A DNA stretch of 64,000 nt from Eledone cirrhosa (Eukaryota): contig OZ024741.1 in assembly GCA_964016885.1 (NCBI GenBank), positions 106,578,001 through 106,642,000 on the forward strand. The letters run 5' to 3'. The position numbers were made by a program, and so were the translations under genes. This document shows positions 1 to 13,070 of the stretch, piece by piece. The first letter of the stretch is position 1, and the number at the start of each line of letters is the position of its first letter. The notes beneath the pieces are model-generated. The model worked only from the letters and a program-made list of their open reading frames with translations, did not search any database and was not told where the DNA came from.

Positions 1-280
1 GGGTGAGCTGCTCCTCTATTACATCCTTGCCGTGCTTCAGAAGCTCTGCAGGAATCTCATCCAGCCCTGCCGCTTTGTTATTCTTTTGGCAGCGGATGGC
101 CTTGGCCACCTCAGCTCTTGTGATGTCGTCTAGTCGTACATCCAGCCGGTAGCTCGCTTCCTCCCAGTCAAGCTCGAAGACTGTGTTGGGGGATGGCTGA
201 TTGAGGACATCACGAAAGTGTTAGTTCCACCTCTGGGCCTGCTCTTCACTGGTTGCAAGCATCCGTCCATCTTTGCTCTT
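1..280 (-). pseudogene. RTE-like non-LTR retrotransposon ORF fragment (pre-RT region), runs off the window start
   Basis: Manual minus-strand translation: KSKDGRMLATSEEQAQRWN*HFRDVLNQP...DITRAEVAKAIRCQKNNKAAGLDEIPAELLKHG. It shows the RW.EHF..LN and K(A/S).G.D.I..ELLK LINE motifs, with one in-frame stop. Confidence 0.8.
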
Positions 281-378
281 GGTTGGCAAACTGCTCCCAC
301 TTCGTCCTCCAGTTAGCTCTCTGGCGATCCGGTACAGCGTCTTGGAATCATTTCCATACACAGCCATACACATATATA

Positions 379-473
379 ATTGTTTCTACGTTAGGCACAA
401 GGCCAGCAATTACCCAGTGCATTACTGGTACTTTATTTTATCTACCCCGTAAGGATGAAGGGCAAAGTTAACC
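379..473 (-). mobile_element. 3' fragment of octopus tRNA-derived SINE (OK-like, Nin/Deu domain)
   Basis: Reverse complement matches the GGTTAACTTTGCC.TTCATCCTTACGGGGT.GATAAAATAAAGTACCAGT...GGCCTTGTGCC core seen in the other SINE copies of this window. Confidence 0.8.
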
Positions 474-530
474 CATACACATATATAATGCGCGCGTGTG
501 TTCACCCCACTATATATATATATATATATA

Positions 531-682
531 TAGGAAAAAGTATGACCCCAACGGCAGAGCTCAAGCTGTTTCGACAGCTATTTCTGGACTCCAGAAATAG
601 CTGTTTCGACGGCTATTTCTGGACTCCAGAAATAGCCATCGAAACGGCTTGAGCTCTGCCGTCGGAGTCATACTTTTTCCTA
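531..682. repeat. 152-bp palindromic fold-back element built from hammerhead-like 3' halves
   Basis: Arms TAGGAAAAAGTATGACCCCAACGGCAGAGCTCAAGCTGTTTCGA and TCGAAACGGCTTGAGCTCTGCCGTCGGAGTCATACTTTTTCCTA are near-perfect reverse complements. The centre holds two GCTATTTCTGGA-C-TCCAGAAATAGC hairpins made by a 35-bp tandem duplication (565-599/600-634). Confidence 0.85.
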
Positions 683-773
683 TTACCCACTCTACTAGCC
701 TAAGTATTGAGTACTCTGGTGCGTTATAGTCCATCTGGTTCCTTACCACAATTCCTTCGTTATATATATATAT

Positions 774-1411
774 ATACAAATAAAGATTCAGCGATAATCG
801 CATTTTCGGCGGGCAGGAAAAACGAAGCGAAACGCAAAAATCAGAAATGATACTGGCAAAGTGCTCAATAGTTAAAAGCCAGAGCTAAACAATGTGTTAA
901 AAAGCCATACAAAACTGAAAAGGTGGTCAAGAAAGCATTAACCACCCAAGCCAAAAACCAAAACAAGCTAAACAGGTCAAAACAAAATAAATGATAAAAA
1001 ATAAGTGATAACCAGACTTGGTCTCCCGGAATTGCTGTTAAAATCCGACGTAGAGTTTCTGTGACACCTAAATCAAAATACAGTCTGCTTAAAAATATAA
1101 GCTTTGTGTTTAACGATCGAACAAGGAATATCACGTTATCAACAGGTAATTTCGCTTTGTACCAAATAAGTGAATGACACGGTGGTAAGTTAAACCACGT
1201 GTGGAAATCACACGGGGCATAACCCCAGATTTGGCAAAGTAATTCAGTTGGTGTAGATCATGCAAAAAATAGCATAAATAGCACATCGAATAAGTTCTCA
1301 ACCGAGTACTTTAAAATAAACTTAAACAATTAGCCTGTCAATAGAAATTATTAACAAGTTAACTGTAAGACACGGGAGATTAATACAAATAAAGATTCAG
1401 CGATAATCGCA

Positions 1412-1413
<2 letters not shown>
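774..1413. repeat. About 640-bp segment bounded by 31-bp perfect direct repeats, embedded in (TA)n
   Basis: ATACAAATAAAGATTCAGCGATAATCGCATT at 774-804 and 1383-1413. Confidence 0.75.
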
Positions 1414-1456
<43 letters not shown>

Positions 1457-1632
1457 CGATAAATTAACGGAGGCAAGGCCCTCGCTATTCCCTGTAAATA
1501 ATGTGCTCAAAGGAGAAGAAATCCCGAGCTCTTTAAAATACAATATGTTGAAAAGGTAACACACAAGAGAGAGATATACAGTGCGCTATCAATAAAACAG
1601 GGAAAAAAACCACCAGTGTATGGAATCTATAA

Positions 1633-1791
<159 letters not shown>

Positions 1792-2126
1792 TTATAGTCA
1801 GTGGCAGATTGGCCTAGTTGCCAGGCTGCCCAATAGCAAGTGGGCCCCAGGGGGGCCACGGTAGCAATGCAGGAGTCCACAGTACCATTGCAGGACCCAC
1901 TGTAGTATTTTAGGGGCCAATACTTTGCTTTCAAAAACAACCTGAAATCTAAGAAAAAGAATTTAAAAAAAAAAATAAATAAAACAATTAAGCAAAGCAT
2001 TTGGTCAACCAATTCCCCAGGAATTACTAGAAACCAAAATATATGATAGTGCAGATAGCTGGAATCAGTGGTTGTACATTCTACTAAATCATTCTACTAC
2101 ATATGGTTGTGTGTCTGTGTCTATAT

Positions 2127-4838
2127 CAGCGCTGCCGAAAGTTTTTTTCAAAACGTACAGAATTTTCTTTCAAAACGTACAGAATCTGACCAAAACGTAC
2201 AGAATTTTACTAAATCCCCCAATTACAATCAAAAACACTCTTTTTATACATATTTTTGAAGTTAACAATATTTATTGACAATTTAAACATAAGGGCATCA
2301 AAATCTTCCTGAGCAGATTCTCTGTTGTACCAATTTTTTTTCAAATAATGCTTTGCAACGATGTTCATCGGGCTCCCACGTCGTGCAGTCGGCATGTCGT
2401 AACAAATATTTCGACCTAACAAGAGCGTTAAGAGGGGAAGTTTTCAAACAAATTCGATTCTTTGTTTTAATAGAGTGGAGAACAGAGAAATATTTTTCAA
2501 CCGCTGCGGAGGAGTGGGGTAAAGAAAGAAGACTAAGCATAAGAGATGACAGCAGAGGGTAACGGTTCTCATCGCCACACTTCTCTTGTGAGACAGCAAA
2601 CCAACATTTTTCTGGATCGTTGTGCGGGATAAAGGAAGAACCTTGAATCGTCAGGTAGCGCCATTCCTGATTTATCTCTTCGTAATCTTTCTCATCACAA
2701 AGACTTGGAAATCGCATAACAAGTGGAATTATTGACCTCGGCATTCCCTCCATCACGTTGGTTGAGTCTAACACCTCAAGTAGTTCCAAATTGTTCTGCA
2801 TATTACAAGACAAAAACCGCATTAGCTTTGGTTTGAAAGACAAACAAAGAATCGTAGTATATTCTGTCGGAAGGTCAGCAATTCATCAAGGGCAATGGTG
2901 GTAGAATTGTCGTGTAAAAGGCTCTCAGCTACAACACCAAAGTAGATACGATCTAATGGTTGATGTGCCGTTGAATCGTTGACATTAATCTCACACACAT
3001 TGATGACAGAAAGTAAATCAGGTTTAATGAAATTGCTCAAAATTCATGCATAAACTTTTGAGTTTATGCATCCGATAGCTTTCGGCCTGGAATTGTTGAC
3101 GTCGTTTAAAATAAAAGATAGAAATGCAAAATACATCTTTGTAAGAGGATTCTTCATTTCAGGAGAATTCTTCGAGCCGTAGACGGACACCCATCCTATA
3201 ATGTTGCTTGGGTGAAATATACCAGCAATGCTGGCCACTGCTCTAAAATGCGCTCCACAACTTGCTTGAGAGACAGCCACCTCGTGCAGCTTGCATGCAG
3301 GATTTTGTGAGGATCAATTGAAGCTATTTTCTGCAGACATTTGTATTCATTGATCCGCTTAGGACTGTGACTAAAGTATGCATAAATACTTCTTGTCAAT
3401 TCTTCCACGGAATTTGGTAATTCATTGCACGCTTTTGATGAACATAAGTGTAATGAATGACAACACACAGGCTTGCACAAGTAGATCTGGTCTCGTTTGC
3501 TTCAACAAATGCTGGACGCCTCCTTTGCTGCCCATCATAACACTCGCATTATCACAGGCGAAACTTATCAAATTTTCCAAAGGAATAGCGTGTTCGTTGA
3601 AAAACGATAGTAGACAGTTGTAAATACCCACAGCACTGCAATCATTTATTTCTATAAGCGTTAGAAAATCGTCGACAGTCTTTTGAATTTCAACGTCGTA
3701 ATATCTGGATACAAGGACGAGTTGTTTAAGTGTTGAAACATCAGTTGTTTCATCAATGATGAGGGAGAATTTTGTCGAATGAAGCTTCTTTAATAAAGCG
3801 TTGAAGCCATAGGAGCCGATGACGTTTGAAAAGATGGATGGATGTGCCTTTTGTTCTGGCAGACTTCACATCCTGGGCGATTTTAGAATAAGGACAGGCG
3901 TTTACAACAAGGCCAGGCAAGTGGTCCAAAATAGAGATGGGTTATGCTCAGCAACAAATACACAGTACTTTAATTCAGCAGATACTACTTTCCTAGAGTG
4001 TAAAGAAAACGAAGAGGCTTGGATAAAATTTGTCAATTTCGTTGCTTTGTTCGCTTCTTTTGCATTCTTGCGGTGCTTTTCTGTCTGCTCATGTAAAATT
4101 TGACTCAAACTGCCGGCAATTTCACATTTGCAAAATATGCATTTGCCTTTAGTTGTATCGTTCTTGCCCACTTCCAAACAAGAAGAAAATTTTTCATCGT
4201 ACAACAATTTGGACGTAAGCTTCCTTTCATACAATGCCCATCTAGTCTTCTTATCTGCTGCTTTACGTTCGTTATCTGAAGAATGTTCTCGTTTCACAGT
4301 TCTATCACTCATATCTGGTTCAAGTTAGTTCTATAAGATTTATTTGAATTAATTAAACTATTAAAAACATCACATACCGTTTACACTGTAGGTTATAAGA
4401 ATTCTGCTTTTGTGTTCAGACTGATACGGCGTGGTTGTATAAATTAGCTCTGTAAAATTAAATCTAATCTATCAAACTTTTGAAAAAAAATTCACGCACC
4501 TTTTACACCAGTTTGTGAGAAAAATCCTGCGTTATGACAGATATGGCGTGGTAAACTGGACATATACTTTCCCCAAATTAACAGACACCCTTGACCTCAT
4601 AAGTCAACGCGCGCTTGCATGCACAAGTCTCGTCTGCATTCTCACGTGCTTTTATTTTTGTGAAGCTCCGAAACGCGCGTATGCGAAAATGCACTCAATC
4701 AATGCGTCAAAACATGAATTTTATAAACCGATGGCAAGATCACTAAAACGTACAGCAAATTCGTCCCAACGTACAGCACATCAACATTGTGAGCAAAACG
4801 TACAGTTTTGTACAAACGTACAGTCATCGGCAGTGCTG
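2127..4838 (-). mobile_element. Full-length decayed hAT DNA transposon (2712 bp)
   Basis: TIRs CAGCGCTGCCGA (2127-2138) and TCGGCAGTGCTG (4827-4838), 11/12 match. Perfect 8-bp TSD GTCTATAT (2119-2126, 4839-4846). Subterminal AACGTACAG repeats at both ends. Confidence 0.95.
2298..4312 (-). pseudogene. hAT transposase, frameshifted
   Basis: Pieces in several frames: N-terminal CIFC Zn-finger-like region, FSLIIDETTDVS (catalytic D1), FACDNASVM (D2), CCHSLHLC (CxxH), CTRW, and the C-terminal dimerisation motif LSLPHSSAAVEKYFS..KTKNR. Confidence 0.92.
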
Positions 4839-4995
4839 GTCTATATATGTATGTTTGCATGCATGAATACATATATATTTTTATTTATTTATATATATAT
4901 ATTTATATACTTACACACGAACTACTGACCAAATAATATTTGGTATCAATGGGTTAAAGACATCTAGCAAATCAATTAGTGGTGAAGGTGGTGTG

Positions 4996-5029
<34 letters not shown>

Positions 5030-5060
5030 CATATATACTGAGTGAGTGTGAAAGACCAAA

Positions 5061-5606
5061 GGTAATTATTGAAAGTCTCTGGATTTCGCAAAATACATAA
5101 TATTTTTTATTGGTGAAGGTAAGATATTTTTCCGCAAAAATTTTGAAAGTAGGTTTATAAGTATGAATTTTCAAAAGATTTTCGTAGTTGTCTCTGTAGC
5201 CTAGCGTTAGGTACTAGAAACGGTGAAGATCTTGGCCTTGGGTTCAAACCTGGTCAAGAGGTACGAGTAACCTTTTTCAGTTTTTATTTTACAACCAATA
5301 GAAAAAAACTGAAAAGGTTTAGCGGGAATCCTACTCCCGACCAGGATCGAACTTCAGACCAGGATTGAACTTCAGACCATCTATGATTCCTCCAACTCGG
5401 CCACCGAGACAGCTACAAAAGTATAATGAAAATTGATAATTATAAAGCTACTTTCAAAATCAAAGTTAAAAAAATGTGGTGTCGTTCATGGCTTTCCTAG
5501 AGCTATTAGTAATATTTAGGGTCGACTTCTGGTCATTATTGAAAGTCTCTGGATTTCGCAAAATACATAACATTTTTCATTGGAGAAGGTAAGATATTTT
5601 TCCGCA
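5061..5606. mobile_element. Composite element: 76-bp direct repeats flanking a ~320-bp palindrome of two convergent tRNA-like arms
   Basis: Direct repeats at 5061-5136 and 5531-5606. Inverted repeat 5141-5459. Left arm has A-box TAGCCTAGCGTTAGG and B-box GGTTCAAACC; right arm (minus strand) has TGGCCGAGTTGG and GTTCGATCC. Confidence 0.65.
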
Positions 5607-6373
5607 CTAATATGATTGCACTGTTTCGTTTTCACTTATGTATTTTTCGAAATATTTTTCGTATATATATATATGTGCTTCGTGTGTACGTATGCGCGCC
5701 TTTGTATGTATCTACGCATGTATGTGCTTTTGTCTGTACGTATTTATATATATATTTATATATATATATATGTGTATGTACGAAACTATGTTTGTTTTCT
5801 ATTTTTTCTAGTGTTACTTTATAATTGATAACCCCTCCCTCTTACTTTCTCTTTGATTTAATTTTTTTATTCTCATATATTTTTTCATTTTTTCATTTTT
5901 ATATATGTATCGACCTTCAGCCTGACACTGCTTTGACTGATACACTCCCTTCCCTGTATATATCACCCGCATGTATGTGGTTGCGCGTGTGTGTGTGTTT
6001 ATACGTGTGCTTTCATACTTGTATGTGTATATATTTCAATCCTTAGTACCTGAGTCTGGATGTATGTTAACTCTATTATCTTACAATTTCTTTTTCAACA
6101 TATATTATATACGTATTTGTGGTCACACATACATTGATATGCTTGCCCTCATATATGTACTTACGCACACATTTTTTCACTATACACATGCATTTGTACA
6201 TACACACATATGTACATTTGTGAGTGAATATACACACATTTATACACATACCCTAACTATATTTCCTTATTTTATTTTTATATATCTCTTGCATTACTTT
6301 TATTTATATATTTTTTGCCCGTTAAACTTTTGCCTTTCTTGAGGAGATTTTTCAAATATTTCACTATGTTTTA

Positions 6374-6451
6374 AATTGCCTTGTCCGACGAACGAATGAG
6401 GACGTTTCTTGTATTCGTCTTATTCAGGAAACCTCTGGTAATGAGGTAATT
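6374..6451 (+). ncRNA. Degenerate type I hammerhead ribozyme
   Basis: Stem I AATTGCCTTGT/ATGAGGTAATT (11 bp including GU pairs), core CCGACGA (U4C), long stem II GAATGAG(G)ACG/CGTCTTATTC, GAAA, stem III ACC-tct-GGT, GUA triplet. The stem II closing pairs are mismatched. Confidence 0.6.
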
Positions 6452-6557
6452 GTATTGTTTATTATACATTAAATTTAGCTCTGGTACTTACATAGAGCAC
6501 TCTTCACTCCTATGACTTTTTCAATTTTCAACGAGAACTTCAATCCCCCCCCCCCAC

Positions 6558-6608
<51 letters not shown>

Positions 6609-7250
6609 CATGCATGCACATACATACATGCATACATAGATTCGCACAAAATCACCCACCTCATGATATAATTGAAAATATGTACTGCCGCCGGATAATT
6701 GCTTTTCTTAGGTTTCATACAAGGAAAGTCAAAGAAACACCGAGGGAGTTTTCTCTATTTCTTTGTTCCAATGAAGGTGAGCTGCGCTAGATGATTGCTT
6801 CAGTAGCAAACAACATGGCGCTACTAACAATATTCACTATAGTTAGGTCCCAATGAGCTGCGTAATGTTGTAAATTGAATTAAATATGGAGGTTTTCAGT
6901 GCTCAGATCATGCATAAAATCATGACCGTTCGTTTTTATCGCTTGAGTTTAGGGTATTTTAAATTTTTTTTTTATTATTTTCGATTATTTGTTTGTGTTG
7001 GTATGGGTGCATTTGTGTGTATTATGTTTGTGTATATATTTTGTACGCGCGAGTGTGTGTAAGAGTATGTGAATAATCTTGCACATGTTTTATATGGAAG
7101 GGCCAATATATATGCAAGTATATATATATACGTATTGTATATTCGCATGTGTCACATTGTAAATTGTATTGCTTTACGTGAATGTACACACATACACACA
7201 AATGTATACGTACACATGTATACGTATAGAAGAAAATATACAAAAATCAC

Positions 7251-7307
<57 letters not shown>

Positions 7308-7699
7308 TACGTAAAGAAGGAAATATAAATTTATATACATACATATATACATACGTGCATACATATATACGTATAGAAATAAATATATATATATATATAT
7401 ACACATATATGTATACATAGTTTGTCAATTGATTATTTGTGTTCTATGGCACAGTCCATGCATATTATTATCATATATTCTTTCGTCTTTTTCGTCGGTT
7501 CATGTGTATATGTATATCGTGAGATCGCCAACACAAACGCACATACGTACATACATACAGGCATACCTACACACACGTTCACACACATACACACACACAC
7601 ACCACAGACAAATACACCCTCACACATATATATTTATCTATTGGTATCATGTAATTATATACACACCTTACGATTAGATTAACTGAAACCAAATGAAAT

Positions 7700-8420
7700 T
7701 GTTTCTCTGTAATGATCAATAAATAATTCATCCTTCAACTGTTCGAAGCATATGTTCAATACTTCTTTTGGAATAGCTCTCAGTTCTGCCGACGTGGTTC
7801 GCATGATGTCCTCTCTGTTCTCAAACCAAGAGGTTTTACAATGATATCTTCATTCATGATCAGAAATCAGAAGATGTCATGTCTGTAGAAAAGGGAATCT
7901 GTTGAATGAGTGGAATGCCTTCTTTGCCAAAAAAAACCTAGCCTGAGAGTTGCAACGAATGGGCCTGTGCTTTGTCATAATGCAGCTGCTAGGTTTTCGA
8001 GGCTTACAGATCTGGTCATTTGCAGCAAACTGCATTACGAAGTCGTCGGAGGATTTCATGATACTGCACCTTTGTAACTATCTGTTCTTCTGGTGTATAT
8101 TTGTGACACTTAATGACTCGATAGCCGAATAAAACAGTCAGTCACATTGAGGCACAGTATAGGGCTTTGGCATCATGATGTCTAGCTTTGATGTTTAGCT
8201 CACATCTTTACATCCACGTCTCATCTCCAGTTATCATGCTCGCCAGGAACTCAGGATCCATGTTAGCAGTATCGAACCAAATAAAATGAGAATAAGTAGT
8301 ACAGAAGCTCACACACTGGCTAGCTGACATGGAAAGACACATCCAAAAGGCTCGCAAAAAACCACGCATGTGCATTAATGTATGCGGCTCCACACTGCAT
8401 CCATTTATTTCGCAGTAAAA
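7700..8420 (-). pseudogene. Mariner transposase remnant
   Basis: FLASMITGDETW (first catalytic D) and C-terminal FENREDIMRTTSAELRAIPKEVLNICFEQ; multiple stops and frameshifts. Confidence 0.75.
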
Positions 8421-8649
8421 ACTGTCTTGGCTACAGTGTTGAGAAAAGTATACATTTTTATGTTAGGTACTTAAATAAAAATGATATCGGGCGTATCAAT
8501 CAGTGAGAATATCAACAGCCAAATAAAGATGATATCAAAGGCATGTATATTTATATGTATTTATACATAAACAGAGAGAATATAACATTCCGTTGTAAAA
8601 GGAGCAATCAGTGTCATGCATAAATTAATAATGAACACTCTACTCACAA

Positions 8650-8711
<62 letters not shown>

Positions 8712-8719
8712 GTCTAAAT

Positions 8720-8751
<32 letters not shown>

Positions 8752-8853
8752 GCACACACACACACATATACATGTATATATATATATATAAATATACATA
8801 AGTATACACACACACACACACATATATATCTATACATATATATATATATATGA

Positions 8854-8984
<131 letters not shown>

Positions 8985-9314
8985 AACATAATATAATAAT
9001 ATATGCATATGTGTGTATTAGTTAAATAAATGTTAAGGGTATCAGTATGTAATTGGGCAATCAGGAAGTTAATAAATAGATGAGCTGTAGATCGATAAAT
9101 GGATGACAGATCAGATGTTTGAATGGCGCCAGGGTATCTGAGTGAATGAATGAATTATTAAAAAGATGAAAGGAGAGGATATTGGTCGGTGAGATCGATA
9201 TCTTTCAGGAAATATTGGAAGGATGTCAGAGACAAACAAATAAGAAGGAAGACATTGGAGTTACTTACATAACATAGCTACTATTGATATAGAAATATCT
9301 TATGTGGTATATAA

Positions 9315-11188
9315 TGGTAGTGGTGATGAAGATGATGATGGTGGTGGTGGGGAGGATAATGATGGTGGTGGTGGTGATAATGATGATAGTTTTATGGTGG
9401 TGGTGATGAAGATGATGATGGTGGTGGTGGTGGTGATACTGATGATAGTCTTATGGTGGTAGGGGTGGTGGTGGTGGTGGTTGTGGTAGTGGTGGTGGTG
9501 GTAGTGGTGGTGGAGGTAGTGGTGGTAGTGGTGGTGGTGGTGGTAGTGGTGGTGGTGGTAGTGGTGGTGGTGGTAGTGGTAGTGGTGGTGGTAGTGGTGG
9601 TGGTGGCGGTGGTAGTGGTGGTGGTAGTGGTGGTGGTGGTAGTGGTAGTGGTGGTGCTAGTGGTGGTAGTGGTGGTGGTGGTGGTGGTGGTGGTGGTATT
9701 GGTGGTGGTGGTAGTGGTAGTGGTGGTGCTAGTGGTGGTAGTGGCGGTGGTGGTGGTGGTGGTGGTGGTATTGGTGGTGGTGGTGGTGGTTTGTGGTGGT
9801 GGTGGTGGTAGTGGTGGTGGTGGTGGTGGTGGTGGTGGTGGTAGTGGTGGTGGTCGTGGCGGTGGTGGTTGTGGTGGTGGTAGTGGTGGTGGTGGTGGTT
9901 TGTGGTGGTGGTGGTGGTTGTGGTAGTGGTGGTGGTGGTAGTGGTGGTGGAGGTAGTGGTGGTAGTGGTGGTGGTGGTGGTAGTGGTGGTGGTGGTAGTG
10001 GTGGTGGTGGTAGTGGTAGTGGTGGTGGTAGTGGTGGTGGTGGCGGTGGTGGTGGTGGTGGTGGTGGTAGTGGTGGTGGTGGTGGTGGTTTGTGGTGGTG
10101 GTGGTGGTAGTGGTGGTGGTGGTGGTTGTGGTGGTGGTGGTGGTGGTAGTGGTGGTGGTGGTGGCGGTGGTGGTTGTGGTGGTGGTAGTGGTGGTGGTGG
10201 TGGTTTGTGGTGGTGGTGGTGGTGGTAGTGGTGGTGGTGGTGGTAGTGGTGGTGGTGGTGGTGGTGGTAGTGGTGGTGGTGGTAGTGGTGGTGGTGGTGG
10301 TAGTGGTGGTGGTGGTGGTGGTGATGGTGGTAGTGGTGGTGGTGGTGGTGGTGGTGGTGGTAGTGGTGGTGATGTTGGTGTTTGTCGTTGTGGTGGTGGT
10401 AGTGGTGGTGGTGGTGGTAGTAGTGGTGGTGGTGGTGGTGATAGTGGTGGTGGTGTGGGTTGTGGCAGTGTTGTTGTTGTTGTTGTTGTTGGTGGTGGTA
10501 GTGGTGGTGGTGGTGGTGGTGGTGGTGGTGGTGGTAGTGGTGGTGATGTTGGGGATAATAAAGGTGGTGGTGGTGATGGTGTTTGTCGTTGTGGTGGTGG
10601 TAGTGGTGGTGGTGGTGATGTTGGTGTTTGTAGTGGTGGTTGTGGTGGTGGTGGTGGTGGTAGTGGTGGTGGTGGTGGTGGTAGTGGTGGTGATGTTGGG
10701 GATAATAATGGTGATGGTGGTGGTGGTGGTGGTGGTGGTGGTGTAGGTGATGTTGGGGATAATAAAGGTGGTGGTGGTGGTGATGGTGATAATGAATATG
10801 ATGATGGTAATGATGGTGGTTGTAGCGAAGGTGATGATAGTCATGGTGTTGATGATGATAGTGGTGGTGATGGTGGTGGTAATGATAGTACTGGTGGTGA
10901 TGGTGATGGTGATGATGAAGGTGGTGGTGATGGTGATGATGATGTTAGTAGTGTTGATGTTGGTGATAATGTTAATGATGGTGATAATGTTGATTATAAT
11001 GTGGTGTGATGGTGGTGGTGATGATAGTGATGATGATCGTAATGGCGATGATAACGATGATGATAATGATGATGATGATGATGATGATGATAGTGGTGGT
11101 GATGGTGGTGAAGATGATGGTGGTAGTGATGGTGATAATGATGATGATGATGATATTGATGATGATGGTATTGTTGATGATAATAATA
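9315..11188. repeat. (GGT)n/(AGT)/(GAT)n trinucleotide low-complexity tract
   Basis: Seen directly. It is the source of the poly-V/G/T/H pseudo-ORFs. Confidence 0.97.
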
Positions 11189-11239
11189 CAAGCACCAGAC
11201 ATTTGCCATCAAACAACTACTGTCATCCATTAAACATAA

Positions 11240-11990
11240 AAAATTAACCATCAACTACCATTCATCCACTAGCAGCTATAACAAACAACCTTCAACTTTA
11301 AATCACCATCAGCCATCAACCACCACCAATCATTATCAACCATCAAAAATCATTAACCATCAACCATCAACCACCAACAACCATTAACCATCAACCATCA
11401 ACCAACAACAGCCATTAGCCATCAAACTTCGACCATCAACAACCATTAACCATTAACCATCAACAACCATTAACCATTAACCATCAACCACCAACAACCA
11501 TTAACCAGCTACCATCAACCATCAACAACCATTAGCCATCAACCATCAACCACCAACAACCATTAGGCATCAACCATCAACTACCAACAACCATTAACCA
11601 TCAACCACCGACAACCATTAGCCATCAACCATCAACCACCGACAACCATTAGCCATCAACCATCAACCATCAACTACCAACAACCATTAACCATCAACCA
11701 CCAACAAGCATTAACTATCAACCATCAACAACCATTAACCGGCTACCATCAACCACCAACAAACATCAACCATCAACCACCAACAACCATTCACCAGCTA
11801 CCATCATCAACCAATAACCATCAAGAATTAACCATTAGTCATCAACTATCAATAACTAACAGCGATTAACCATCAACCATCAAACCACAACAACCACTAG
11901 CCATTAACCATTAGCTATCGACCATCCATATCTTGCTACCATAAACAACCATTAACCATCTAACATCATCAACCATTAGACACCAACCAA
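11240..11990. repeat. Degenerate CAACCAT/TAACCAT satellite
   Basis: Repeated AACCATC/AACCATT heptamer-based units. Confidence 0.85.
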
Positions 11991-12004
11991 CACGATTAAT
12001 ATAC

Positions 12005-13070
12005 GGATAGGTGTCTCTAATTTAGTGACTAGTTACCACTGAGGACATAAAGACTTGATATCTATACCATCACTAACACAACCAACAACCATCTACCATC
12101 AACATACGTGTCTCTGTTACTAGTGTTAAATATAACAACATGTTATTTACACCACCATTAACATCACTAACAACCATCTACCATCAACATAGGTGTCTCT
12201 GATATAGTGACCAGTTACCAGTTACCAGTGTTAAATATAACAACGTGATATATACACCACCACCAACACCACCAACAACCAGCCACCATCTACCATCAAC
12301 ATAGGTATCTAATATAGTGATTAGTTACGACTGTAGAACATACCAACTTGATATTTCCACCAACAACCATCCACCATCTACCATCAACATAGGTGTCTAA
12401 TATAGTGACCAGTCACAACTGTAGAACATAACGTGCTATTTATTCCACCAGTAACACCACCATCAACATAGGTGTCTCTATTATAGTGACTAGTTACCAC
12501 TGTAGAACATAACAATGTGATATTTAGATCAACACAAACACCATCAACAACCAACCACCATCGACATGGGTGCCTCTAATATAGTGACCAGACATAACAA
12601 CTTGATAATTACATCAGCAGCCATTCACCATCCATCAACATGGTTGTTTCTATTATAGTGACCAGACAACAACTTGATAATGATAGCAGCAACCATTCAC
12701 CATCCATCAACATGGTTGTCTCTATTATCATGACCAGTTACAACTGTAAGACATAACAACTTGATATTTAAACTACCACTAACATCACCCACAACCAACA
12801 ACCATCCATTCGGTAGAGGGTCGGACGCCATGCTTTGACGCATAGAGTTACAGCCCTTGCCATTCTGAGTTCAAATCCCGCCGAGGTTAACTTTGCCTTT
12901 CATCCTTACGGGGTCGATAAAATAAAGTACCAGTAATGCACTGGGATAATTGCTGGCCTTGTGCCAAAAGTAGAAACAATTATTAACATACGTGTCTCTA
13001 ATATAGTGACTAGTTACCACTGTAGAACATAACTTGATATTTATGCAACTGTTAACATCCACAAACAATC
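12005..13070. repeat. Irregular minisatellite (core CAACATAGGTGTCTCTAATATAGTGACCAGTTACCACTGTAGAACATAAC), interrupted by a SINE
   Basis: About 10 recurrences of the GTCTCTAATATAGTGAC(C/T)AG core. Confidence 0.8.
12811..12984 (+). mobile_element. OK-like tRNA SINE (5' truncated)
   Basis: B-box GAGTTCAAATCC, Nin-domain CTTTGCCTTTCATCCTTACGGGGTCGATAAAATAAAGTACCAG, 3' end AAGTAGAAACAATTATT. Confidence 0.85.

Noticed and set aside
1799-1930. CAGTGGCAGATT...GGGCCCC as a second hAT terminus
   Set aside because: No partner TIR or TSD found.
9453-11254. Long ORFs (poly-V, poly-T/P, poly-G, up to 495 aa)
   Set aside because: Translations of (GGT)n/(GAT)n repeats that lack stops in several frames on both strands; no coding signature.
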